DNA of 33,000 nt from the NCBI RefSeq assembly GCF_006345805.1, contig NW_021832232.1, positions 1 through 33,000 on the forward strand, read 5' to 3'. Position 1 is the first letter of the stretch. Every line of letters starts with the position of its first letter. This document shows, piece after piece, positions 11,901 through 24,559 of this stretch. The translations under genes and the position numbers were made by a program. The notes below the pieces were generated by a model, which was not told the origin of the DNA, did not search any database, and saw only the letters and a list, made by a program, of their open reading frames with translations. This stretch comes from Octopus sinensis (lineage: Eukaryota).

Positions 11901-14900
11901 TCTTCCAGTGGAGGGTCAAATTGGGAAGTTTGAGTGGAAGGATGGCCCATTGCTAAAAGCTCTGAGGAACGGAGATTGGGTGATTTTAGACGAAGTTTGT
12001 TAATTGTGGAAGTACATTCGTAGCTAAATTTGGCACCACAGGCTGTCCTTGAAGGACTCAATGCCTGTTTAGACCACAGAGGAGAAATATTTATTCCTGA
12101 ATTAAATAAGACATTCCACGTTGATAGAAATGAGAGTTTCTTTTTCGGATGTGTTAATCCTTACACTACCGGAGGTGGACGGAAAGGTCTTCCAAGATCA
12201 TTTCTTAATAGATTTACAAAGGTACTTAATTTATAATAGCGAGGTATATGTGAATGCTTTGGGGGACGACGATTACATGATTATCCTTCAAAGACTATTT
12301 CCGACGATATCAAAAAAATTTTTAAATCAACTCATAAGATTTAATTCTATTGTTTGCTTTTATAGAAAACCTTTTAGATTAATACGCAAATAAACGTAGA
12401 AAGAATATGGGGACAATATGGTGGACCGTTTGAGTTCAACCTTCGTGATCTCACCCGTTTATGTGAATTAATTCTCAAATACGACAAATCTCTTAATCTT
12501 TACATTGATTTAATATACTGCAGCAGATTTAGAACGGAGAGTGACAGAGAAATGGTATGATTTAATTTAAAATAGTTTAGGTCGGAGTGATTTTTTGCGA
12601 AATTTTTGGATATAAAATCTCACTCGATCGGTTTGTAAAAGACTTTTTCATTTCATCAAATTTTGTGCAATTTGGAGAGGCAATATTGTCTAGGAAGCAA
12701 CATTTTTGCTTATATGAACCCACTAATCTAAAATTGACAAGTTCTATCAAATACTATCTTCAAATGCTGACATTTTGTTCAGAGAGGGATTGGATCGTTT
12801 CAATTGTTTACATTTTAATTTATTTTCACATTAGATTGGTGGAAAGAACTGTGGGAAGACATCTCTTGCAACTATTTTCGCTATGTTGTGTGGACAAAGG
12901 CTCGAAGTCATAACCATGAGCACTTCCACTGACACTTCTGATTTACTTGGAGGGTTCGAACAAGTTATTATCGTTTTGATATAATTTTTAGTTCAATTCC
13001 CAAGAAGAGGTTCTCAATCTAATAGAACGTACGCATGATGTTTGTTCACGTCTGCTATCTAATTTATTTGCTGTTGGATCTATTGACATTGTTGGATTTT
13101 GGAAAATAAATTCAAAATTGTACAATCTTTCGAAACTGATGAAAAGTAATCTGTTATTTAAACATTAGACACTGAATTTGACTTAATAAGTTTTGACAAT
13201 CTTCTCAAAATTGGAGAAGAAATCACTTTACTACTCACTTGCTGCCGAAATATTGGTTTATTTTCGGGTTATATTTAAAGAGGATTATGATTGCGGCCTC
13301 CTCGAGGGTTTAACTGCGGATATTCGCCATTTATTTGTTAAATTATTTGATCCCACTTCGGGAAGCAAAAACAGTTGCGCAGGAGAATTTCATTGGATCG
13401 ATAGCTCATTTATAAACGCTGTGAAATATGGTTACTGGGTTCTCTTAGATAACGCAAATTTGTGCAGGTTTGTTTATTACTTTTTAATATACATCACAGC
13501 CCTGCAGTGCTTGACCGACTGAATTCGCTATTCGAACCAAACGGAGTTTTGCACCTTAACGAACGTGGTTCGGTTGATGGAGAGATCACAGTGATTAAAC
13601 GGCATCCCAATTTTAGGCATGTGGATTCTTATATATTTTTAGACTTTTTCTAACCGTTAATCCTTCTAATGGAGGAGAGCTCTCCCGTGCTATGCGAAAT
13701 CGTTGTGTAGAACTCTATTTACACTTGGTATTTTGAAATAATGACTGTTACAGGATTTTCCAAGTTTTGTGAAGGAAGAGGGAACAAATATAAATGAAAT
13801 ATTAGAGAATAAGTCAACTTTTTCTTTCTATTCAAAAATCAAGTCTCTTGATAATTTTATTAGGTAATGTCAATCAGTAGATTTTTAGAACTTACCCTCG
13901 GTTCAAATTTTCGGACATCGAAACTGATAACGTAATCGACCACATTTTTGTTTCTATTAGCAAACTGTCATATCCTACTGAAATGGATCTGATGAAATTG
14001 CATTTGTCGAAAGAGCTATTTGGGTATTCTGAATATGTTAATTTTGTATAGAAATAAAAAAATAACATTGGTTGTGAACTTAATAAATCGTTTATTACAA
14101 ACACAGAATTTTGATTTTCTTTTGACAAATAGATTTGAAGGTTTGCTTTTAATTATTTACTTCATAGAATTATGTTCCATTGATTGTCGCTGGAATCATG
14201 TCCTTAAGTCAATTATTGTACCGACGTCTAATGATTTGGATATTTTTAATAAAAATGAATTGTTCTTTAACAAGTATTTTATTATTCTGATTTTCAGATT
14301 TTTCGTTTTCAATTTCATCTGCAAATTACAATTTTATTTATCGGGTGAGCAAGTTTGCAGTGGTTAGACAGTTTTTTAATATTTTCAGATGAGCAGCTTA
14401 AAGATTTGTTTCAGTTTATTGTTAAAGTTTCAAATATTTTTCGCGAGGTAGTGGAAAAATCTGAGAACGTTAATTTAAACCAATTTTCTGAAGTAATTAA
14501 TATATTTTTACATTTAGTATACACTTATGGCCTATTCATTAATCTACATACTTTCTAATATTTCATATTTGGATCAAATCTCACAGAATACACGACAATG
14601 CATGATAAATCTTTATTTAAATTCTGTCAGATTCAATGAAATTATATAGTATTGTTATAATTTTTAATTTTCAGTAATATTTCGCCGAATTTGATGTCTA
14701 TATATGGAAGTAAAAATATCATTTTTCATGAGAATAATTGTTCAACTATTCGATCAGAATTTATTCGATCTTATGGAGCACCCAAAGCATTAAGGTTGAT
14801 ATTTTCTGATGTATATTTTTTTAAAGAAATCAAGAAGAGGCTTTGGCTGTCAAAAAATTTTTATTGTTTTTTAATGATATTTCTTATACAGTTCTAACGT

Positions 14901-17900
14901 TACCGCAATTTCACCTCGAATCAATCGCCGAATTGACTAAATTAGTGGATTTGGATTATATTGGTTTTATATTTTAACGATGTTTAGACGTTTTTGACAA
15001 ATTGAAATACATTATTGAAGTGGACTTTGAGAAGGAATCTACTCACAAATCATTCATACGATCTTGTTTGTGGCCAGTTTTTATACAAAATTTCCGTTTT
15101 ATGGTCAAATTAAACCTATTGTTCCCGGATTACGATTTGTGCCAAAATAGCCCCGAAATTGGCCATTTTGTTATTTTGAACGGTAGACTTTTCTCGGTAT
15201 GTAAACAAAGTGATAATTGATTAATGTATAGAATCACCCAGATTCGCTTTCTCTCTTCTGGAATGCAGACTTTATTAACATAACGGACAATATGAATAAT
15301 TTCCGCAAACAATTTTATCTAAGTCTTATTGGACAGGATAAAGATACCTTTAACAACGAAGTTTCCTTTTCCTCTACAATCACGGGATCTCTATATTCAA
15401 TTTTATCTTCAATGCATGGAAACCGCCGAGAGAACGCTAAGAATTATATGAACAACGCTTTGGGAGTTTTCCGTGAAAACATTTTTGTTGCTGAAACCAT
15501 TTATCGCTACTTTGCAAAGAATGCAATTCTCATTACTTCGAGTGAACTATTTTCTAGGTTTTGTGTATATTGTATTTTTATTAATAGTGTTGCATTATCA
15601 AAAAGTCTTGGAATGATGGTTGAAAGAACTGTTAAAGCTTTTCGGAATTTATTAGAAGAACCTACAGTTGAGAAAGTTAAAGACTATATTGAAAATGTTA
15701 AATCCGACTTTTCTTCATCACGGAGAGTACTTTTCCACAATTTTCTAAAAAACTATGATTTAACTAATGCTGGCAGAAATTTCACTGATACGCAGAAATT
15801 ATATGTATCGATTTTACATCTTGGCATTTTTATCGAGAGTATTTTGCGTCCTTATCAACTTTTTGATCCGGCTCATGTGAAAGACAATAGATTAAAATTT
15901 GTAAACTTTGCTGTATTTTATTATTTTTTAACTTTTAGTGTTCAAAATTGTATCATTTTATTCAAACTTTTATGGATAACAATGGATTTCAAATGCTTGA
16001 TTCAGATTTTAGTGTACATCCTGTTGCTAGAACATTGAATCAATTATTCCAAAATATGCAGAACGAGGCAAACATACTTTCAAATTCGTTGGAATTTAGA
16101 TCGAACTATGAATTTGTTTTATTATCTGTTAGTTACGCCTAGTACTATCAATTACTCTACGAAGTTCGAGAGTTCGTAGCTACCTTTTTTGAGCCTTCAT
16201 TGGTCAGTGAGTATGTTGAAACAATTACTGGAAATGATGACATATCTTTTGAATTCGCTTGTCGATGTCGAAACTGGATTAAATCTTGTCGTTCATTTGC
16301 TCTTGAATTCAAAACAAAATATTACGAATACCGCGATGTTTCGGCTTCGTGGATTGAAATCATCGAAATGGTATATTTTCAAACATTTATTTTAAAGATT
16401 TTATTTGCTGTTGAAAATCTGTTAATTCCCGTTGAAACTCGCCACAAAGCAATATCAAAGTTCAGAATTGAGGTTTCGTTTTTAAAATTTCATGTGTAGA
16501 CATCAGATATCTGTGATCATTTAGCTAATCTGTTTATTCCCGTATTTCCTGGATTTTTATTTTCTTTCAAAAATAATGTTATAGAACTAGTAAATAACTC
16601 GATTACTTCGTTTATAAACAGAGCAATAAAATGTCAAGGAAATAATTTTTCGATCACATTGTACCTAATTTTTTGTAATTAATTGTAATTTTAGATTTGT
16701 CGATTGTTTGATTGAAAGAATGAAGTTGAACGCCTCTGTTAGTTCTCAGTCGTTTTCCTTATCATCCGACCTTTATTCAGCATTTAATTATTTTATGAAC
16801 AAATGGCAGCAATTCCAGCAAGAGGAAATAATGAAAAAGAACTTTGAAGAGTCGCTTTATGTTTTCAAATCATATGGTGATACTCGTCTGTCCGAAGAAA
16901 TTGAAGAAGATGAACTAAAGATGTCATTTCCGGATTTTTTAGAGGTTTTTTATGTTTAAATTTTTTTAGTGTTACCAAGATAACATTGAATGTCCGGAGA
17001 GTTACAAGCCGGACCAAAGTAATTTCAATTTATCATTCATTGATATTAATAAGGTTTAATGTTATAAAAATCTGAAATTTAAGATTGTCTTATTTTTGAC
17101 AACCGTTTCTGAATTGCTAGAACGAAATAACGGATTGGATCAATTTCCAACCACAGTAATGGCCAATTATAGACTTGCTTCTTGTTTTCTACCTTCTATA
17201 CCCGAAAAACTTTGTATTTTTATTCTTTCAACATTTAGTGTCACGGTTCGATTCAAAATTGGCGTTTAACCATCTTATTGTGTTTTATCAACATTATCAT
17301 CAAAACCTAACTGTTTTTTTATTTCATAAATTTTAGTCCGACCAATCAATGGATTATAATATTTACACTGATTCTAACATTACGGAGGTTCGTCAAATTG
17401 GGCCTCTTTTTGAAACACTAATAGAACGAATAAACTCATTATTGGATGAATATAACGACCATCCTGCTCTCTTACAGGTTTTTTCGAACTGATATTTTTA
17501 ATTTAGTTGATACGGATAATCAACAGGATTAAGTCATTTTCAGTCTGTGAACCACTTGTTAAATTTTCTACCGGTCTAGAGCTTATAATGGAAAAATCAC
17601 AAGTTTTTTATTTCAAAATTTGGCAGGAATGGGAACAATATGCGTCCAATTTTGTATCCTTGAAAAACGAACTTCATGGTATTAATGAAATACTTGTCAA
17701 ATGGAGGAAAATCGAGCTTAGGTTTTATTTTTTTGTATATTTGTAGGAATTGGAGCAACCGATTAAACTTAGTCGGCGGGAAAATATCAAATCAATCAAA
17801 CAAGTTATTTTTACAGTTGTTGAGTGTTTTCCAAGAATTCATATCAAGCAGTGAAAATGTATTTTTAAACTAAATATTTTAGGAATTTACATCACAAAAA

Positions 17901-20900
17901 TTGGTTGAAAATTTAGTTTTGTACTGCGAGCGGTCAAATGTTGGCGAATTTTCAGTTCGTCTAAAGCAACTAAAAGCTGCTTACTTCTTTTATATAACAT
18001 GCCGATCTTTTTATTCAAATTTGACTCGGCTTGGTAAGCTTATTATTAAAATGTATTTCTAGATCAATTAATGAATATGATTCATAATATCTACAATTAT
18101 TATGTATTTTTCTCTGAGTCCATTGATAAATCTATTTCGGAAAATAGGGCTCCTATTGAAAAGGATTTAAAAGTTTCCTTTGTTCTTTATTTTGTAGGAT
18201 TTTATCAAAATATCTAAGTGGAGTGACTCAAACGCTTTTGTTTTTAAAGAAACATTAGAGAAGTCGAAGAGGACTATACAGAAACTTTCTAAAAGATTAC
18301 TTGTATTAAAAAAATATATTTTTAGAACGTTCTTTGTCGGCCTGCTAGTCAGTTTTTGGTTAATTACAATGAAGATACTTCTAAAGAATTCGAATATGTT
18401 ACATTTCCCCATATTGCTCCTGTATTTATCAATCCAAATCATTTAAAATTTTTTAGCTAAATGAACAAGGTTCTTTTTCCAAAAAAATGAGGAATCATTT
18501 ATCAGTCATTTATTATAAAACAGTCGATACACCTTTGTTGATACATGAAATCGGCGATTTAATTGGTTAAATGTTTTGATTGAATTTTGTAGAAGAAATA
18601 TCAATTTCTCTTAAGGAATATGACCAAGTAGACTACTCGAAAGTTGGCATTTTAGTTAAAATACTTTATAGATTATGTGTAAAGAAGAGAGAAAACAAAA
18701 AGCCAAGGAGGTTCATAAAAATAAAAGGATCTCGCTTGCGAATTTGTTTAAAGAGTTGTCTGCGATCAGTTTTGAGAATTTTGGGTTACTGTTGTTTTAG
18801 AGTGGTCTTTCAAGAAGGGACTTTGCTATCGAAACAACTTTTTCGAAGATTTTATTGTGTCGGATCATTGCAATTTTGATCATATGTTTTCTAAAAAGTT
18901 TAGTATGAAGTTTCTATTTTAGTTCATCATATTATTTACCTGTTTATTCTATGTGGAACAAATCTTACAAATATTTTCATTGTTGCCTGAGCAGATATTC
19001 TTTATTTTCTACAAGCTTAAATAAACCATTTTCTGTATTGCCCTGATATATTATCATAGACTATCACTAGAGATATCAGTTCCCGATGTGAGGGGTTTGC
19101 TGCAGATATGATGAACACTGTTTTAACACAGAGGTCTTCTGTGATAAAGTTCGTTACAAATTCGTTATATATAAGGTATTATTTATTTATATTTATACTT
19201 ACAGGAATTTAGCGGAATTTTTTGATAAAATTTATTTCGCCAAAAGAATCAGATTTGTTAAATTTATTTATTTTGTACTTATTTTATTTTGAATTTGTAG
19301 AAAGAATTGACTAATTTGGCCGAACATGTACTACTCGCAATGATTAACGTTATCAATGTGCTTGAGTGTTGCAAGCACTCCAATGTTGCGATTTTCAAAG
19401 TTTGTTGTGTCTATAAATTATTTTATTAGAATTTGTACTATGACTTGATCGAAAAAATTAAAATATATAGCAACGAATATCGTCTCTTTACATCATTGCC
19501 TTGCATCGGAGGGTAGTTTATTTTCGTTTTAACGTGGACAGATACTTGGTTACCGTCGTTGACAATGTTATCGAATGTATTATTTCGTGTGTTGAATTAT
19601 TCATCCGACTTGGTTTCGATTACACTGATTCTTCTCCTGTTGTTAAAGAAAATCTGATTAATTTTGCTCAAAGTGTCAAGAATGAAGTTTCTCTTTATTA
19701 TCCAAAAGAATTTAACGATGCCACTGACTCGGTCTACTTGGAAAAATTATGCGAAAAATTGGATAAAATTATTATTATTTGTTCACAAAACTTTATTAAG
19801 CCTACTCTTGAATTTATTGAGAATGAATCGGGTGAAAGTTATACTATTGGTTCTTATGAAGCTGAATTATCACAATTCCATGCCTCATTTGATGAAAAGG
19901 TATTCGTTTTATTTTTGATCGGTCTTAGATCGTTGGAGCGATTTCCATCGTTGTCGAAGAATTTTGTCGTTTATATAACGGTTGTGAGAATCCTACTTTG
20001 TTACTGAGATTTGGTGGCATTTTGACTAGTTTTAATTACCTTTTGAATTTGTCGTTGTGGATTAGACTTGAAATTCAAATAAAAACTTGGAAATTAGTTT
20101 CAGTTGTTCTGAAAGTATTCACAGAATTGATGGGAAAGGTTTTGGATTTTTAATTATCTCTTAAGGGTTTTTGTCTCCCTGAAGAGTTTGCTGATGAAAT
20201 CAAAGAAGAGGATGGGAACCTTTCTTTTGGAGAACCCGAAGTTGCTGGAATGGGTGAAGGTACTGGACAAAATGACGTAAGTGAGCAAATAGAAAACGAG
20301 GATCAAGTTTATATTATTATAACTAATATATTAAGATTGGGAATATGGCTAGAGATGAGGGTCCTAATAATCCTCAAAATCTCGACGATAATCCAATCGA
20401 AATGTCTGAGGACTTTGATGGGAATGATATGAATCCTTCCGGTAGATAAGAGAATCTTGAGTTCTATTTTTTAGAAGAATCTGGAGATGAGCTCGGATCA
20501 AACGACTTTGACAAAGAGATGGGAGATCTTGGCGGAGAGAGCGCAGAAATCGACAAGAACTTATGGGCTTCTGATGTTGAAGACAATCAGTTTGGTGATG
20601 ATGTGCCTGAAGAAGGAGAGATGGGAGAAATGATACAAAATGAACTAATGAAACCTATTGATGAAGTATGTCTTTATTGATAGGCGCAGACTGAGTACAA
20701 CGATGAGCAAAAAAATGATTTCACTGAATATGATCCCCCAGTAGAGTGCAGTGACGACAATCTATCGTTAGATTTAAGTCGACAAGGTTTTAAGTGTTCT
20801 CATTTTTAGAACAATTTAGTACAAATAGCTGCCAAAATGAGGATGAAGAGCAGTCTGTTATATCAGATAATGTTGAAAATTTTTCTGACGAGAATAAATT

Positions 20901-22820
20901 TGGCGAGGATGATGTTGATGAAAATCTTTGTACAAATGAAGGGAATTCCGGTGATGAATTCCAAGATACTGGATCACCTCCCACAAAAGAAGATGAACAA
21001 AATGGTAAATAAGACTTTTCTTATATTTTCTAATAGAAAACCCGAGTTTGAGTACAGAAAATGATAAAAGAGTTGGGAATAATAACGAGTCCAATAATCT
21101 TGCTGGGAGTAATGAAGAAACTGCTTGTAACCAGCAGTCAGAAGGACTTGGAGACGACAAAATAGTGATTAAAGTATAGATTAAATTAAAAGGAGATGGG
21201 TTATGCTCAATGTGACTATGGGGAAAATTCTACTGCTCAGATGAGTCTTATTGAAACCCCGAATACTGGAGATGTAGACAATTTAGCAAGTTCTGATCGA
21301 CAGAGTGTTCGTGATGTCGAAAAAAGTGATATTATCAAGAAGAGTGCATTGGAAGCAGATTCGCAAAGTTTACCTGTATTTTGTTATTTTATCGACTACT
21401 ACTTTAGACTGATCATGGGAATACATATCAACATATAAGCAAAGATGATACCAATATTGAGAATTCTTGTAATATTGTGGATTCTACTATGGAATTGGAT
21501 GATTGTTGTGTTTCTCCTCAGGATGACGACCCCGAATCAGCTGTATGTCGATTATTAGGATAACTATAGGAGTTGGGGGATAGTAAAAAGACTTTTGATG
21601 AACAAAAACAAAATTTAGAGACAGAAACGTTTGGACAAACTGAAGACAAAATGCGAGAAGAGGTCAATGAGAAAATAAGAGAAGATTCAGATAATATTGG
21701 AGATATTACGACTAAAGGATGTTATGTATCCAAGTCTTTCACTCAGAACTTGTTCGATTTATCATCCTTTGCTTCTGGCTTAGCTAATTTTGATGATGAT
21801 CACCAGTTTGTCTATTGTGATGATGTTATTCCTGATAATGTATTTATATATATTAATAATAGTCTTGTAATGCCATCTTTCATCAACTTAACAAAGTGAC
21901 TGCTCGTCCTGCACAAGAACTCTGTGAAAAATTGCGACAGATATTGGAACCTTCGGGTCGCAGTCGATTAAGGTAGTGTCTGATTTATTGTATTTGTGTA
22001 GAGGGGATTATAAGACCGGAAGGAGACTGAATATGCGAAAAATAATTCCATTCATTGCAAGTGGATTCAGAAAAGACAAGATTTGGCTTAGGAGAGTCAA
22101 GCCTTCTCAACGTCAATTTAGAATATGTCTTGCTATTGATGATTCTTCCAGTATGGCACTCAATCAGTCTAAGCAGGTAATTATTCTATATTGGTATTTT
22201 TAGTTGGCCTTTCAGTCAATGATTACTATTTACAATGCACTTACTCTTCTTGAAAGTGGAAAACTGGCCATTTGCAGTTTTGGTGAAACTGTGCGGCTTG
22301 TCCACGACTTTAACTCTCCACCTTCGGCCGGAATAGACCCGTCTATTCTCCAAAAATTTACATTTTCCCAAAACAAAACTTTGATTGCAAACGTTCGTAC
22401 TTTTAGTAAGTATTTTAGTTACTGAATGAGCTGTGTTCGTATTTTGCTTCCAGTGAGTCTGAAACTTCTTGTTTTGATGTTTCGCGTCTTCTGTTTGTGA
22501 TTTCAGATGCACATGGAATTTATTCGGAAGGAATAGATTCTGTACGTACTGCAGTGAGGAATGCTATTAATCGAGGAATTTTGCTCATTTTTATCGCCTT
22601 GGACTCTCCTGATAATAAAGTAAGTATTCTTAAAAGATTGTAGGATTCTGTATATGACATTAAAATGCCCGTGTTTGCAGAAGATGGTTCTGTTAATCTT
22701 CTATCATATATGGACGAATTCCCCTTTCCTTTTTACATTGTGCTACGCGATATATCCAATCTTCCGTCAGTTTTATCTGATTCTCTACGACAGTGGTTTG
22801 AACTTGTGACATCTCTTTGA
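5990..22820 (+). CDS. MDN1: Midasin (Rea1) AAA+ ATPase for 60S ribosome maturation, multi-exon gene
   Basis: ATG at 5990 (MNEIFWNLKE..SRFLQNQ|TWT). Six AAA Walker A motifs: GVIGCGKS (~7004), GETGVGKT (~8140), GDTCVGKT (~9560), GETG|CGKT (10581, split by an intron), GMPGVGKT (~11755), GGKNCGKT (~12838). Repeated DEINL/DELNL Walker B and LSRAFRNRF-type motifs. Long linker (KWRKIEL|RNW), D/E-rich tail (~20190-21790), MIDAS vWA domain (LAIDDSSSM ~22130, ISDAHG) and C-terminus LSDSLRQWFELVTSL* with TGA ending at 22820. About 32 introns were traced in the first 6.6 kb; roughly 80 in total and about 4800 aa are extrapolations. Exons were not fully traced in parts of 13.9-15.3 kb and 18.5-20.1 kb. 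Confidence 0.97.
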
Positions 22821-22826
22821 TTTTTT

Positions 22827-22832
22827 AATAAA
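22827..22832 (+). promoter_or_regulatory. AATAAA polyadenylation signal of MDN1
   Basis: The hexamer starts 7 nt after the MDN1 stop codon, implying a very short 3' UTR. Confidence 0.55.
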
Positions 22833-23584
22833 AAAAAGGCCTAAGTGTAATTTATCTATACAACCAGCACTTTTTAAGACAAAAACTAATCTGGATTAGC
22901 GTTTGCGTCCGTTTTGGATTTCTCCCACAGGCAGTGCAAAATATTCTTACATATTCCAAATAAACAACATTTTCATTTTGCTAATCTGGAATTGGAACTT
23001 CTCAACCATCTGAACCATACCTACTTTCTGTTTGCAATTTGATTAAACAAATTCGGTCCAAGTACAGAAGTTTTTAAAAGATCCGTCTGAATAAAAATAG
23101 AAAAAGGTCTCGTTGTGAATAGTCAGAAATAATGCTGCTGCACACAGTATAAATGAAGAATATAAGGAATTGTGACCTCCTCATTAACAAGCTATGACTG
23201 AGCAACAGTCGCGTCATTCCTTGTGTAATATATTGATCATTAAAAGCCCCAAGGAATAATTAAGACAATTGTGTGTAAATATGTATCTACGAGCTTATGT
23301 GCTGTCAACTTTTGGTGAAATAAATCTGAAAATGCTGGTTCTTTCATAACATTTAGTCAGGAGAAATTGCAGACTGTAAATTCTTGATATTTACAAGGTA
23401 TTGAGAATTATAATAAATTCTTCTGGGAAATAATTTTATAAATGGAATTTACATTGAACTAACCTTATTATGGAATTTAAAATCTTTTTGTTAGTTCATA
23501 TTTTCCATTATATAATTTATTTTAAAAAGAATTTATTTTATATAAATTACAGAAATTCATTATTAGGCGTTACGTGTATTAAAA

Positions 23585-24400
23585 ATGGACGATTTTCCTA
23601 ATGACTGCCAAGATCTTTTTAATTCCGGCGAAGAAACCTTTGTGCAGACGGAAACCTCAGAATTAAATAATGAAAGTATCCTAAATGTATTAAATAGTAG
23701 CTTTTGCTCAGTTTTCACCTGCATTTGACATTCCTAACACACAGTTCGACCCAGATACCGATACTTTCACGTCTGAATTCCAGCAATTCAGTCCATTTTC
23801 TCAAAATCTAGCTGAAGTGTCCGCTGATTTAAATGTAAGCTGCTTATTCTGTCATTTCTAATAAACCACAATTCCATAAAATGTCCATTCTATAATATCC
23901 ACAACCGCACCTATAAAATTTTATAGTTTTCAGACTCTCCTGCAGTAAACCTGACAGAGGAATATCCACCTGCTGAAACTTTGCCGCAGGAGTCTGTTTT
24001 TGAAGAGGCTTATGTGGATCCTGCCGAAGAGATAAAGGCCAAATGGCGTAAGGAATACTACGAGAGAATAGCTGCTCTCGGCATTGCTTTCATATTTACA
24101 ATTTAGATGAAGAGGAGTCTAAAGCTATTGCTTTATTTGAAAGTGAGGCTCGTGCGTGGTTGGAATCTAAGAAAGAAAATAGATTGAAGGAAATTGAGTT
24201 AAAAAGGCAAAAAAATAAAGCAGAGTTGTATATTTTCTTTATGATGTAGGGAAATGGAGATTAGCACCAACAATGCGGTTGATCAGAATTCTTGGAAGTC
24301 GATTGTTGAAATGTGTGACGTCTACACTAATAAACGTCGGCAAAATGATACAGCCAGATTTCGGGAAGTTCTGTTGAATATTGGTTCTGATGACGCTTAG
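23585..24400 (+). CDS. Clc: Clathrin light chain, 5 exons
   Basis: Acidic N-terminus MDDFPND. Core DPAEEIKAKWRKEYYERIAAL|DEEESKAIALFESEARAWLE and C-terminus NSWKSIVEMCDVYTNKRRQNDTARFREVLLNIGSDDA* align with the light-chain motifs KWREEQ.ERLE.LD and EWERVARLCDF...DVSRMRSVL. Introns: a 25-nt GT-AG, 23835-23926 (92 nt), 24081-24106 (GC-AG) and a 25-nt GT-AG. Confidence 0.9.
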
Positions 24401-24559
24401 TTAGTTCTATTTTGAATTTCTAATCTTTGGAATTATTATTAATTTTGGTTTTTTCTTGTCTAAATTTGTGACTTTTAGTAGTTAACGCTAAATTAATTGT
24501 TTTGTGGTTGGCTATAAAGTTGAATTTTTCTTTTCTCTGGTTGCAGATCCTCTTCCAGA

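Noticed and set aside
20190-21790. Scattered cysteines in the MDN1 acidic tail
   Set aside because: No regular spacing; the region is poorly conserved, so there is no basis for a claim.
6334-22425. Fragmented + strand ORFs read as a pseudogenised MDN1 or an alternative genetic code
   Set aside because: Every break that was examined is explained by a short GT-AG or GC-AG intron, and conserved motifs rejoin in frame under the standard code.
6079-22512. Minus-strand ORFs overlapping MDN1 (6079, 7353, 7654, 8225, 10773, 11840, 13892, 15130, 18167, 20790, 20858, 22216)
   Set aside because: Antisense shadows of MDN1 exons with no independent motifs.
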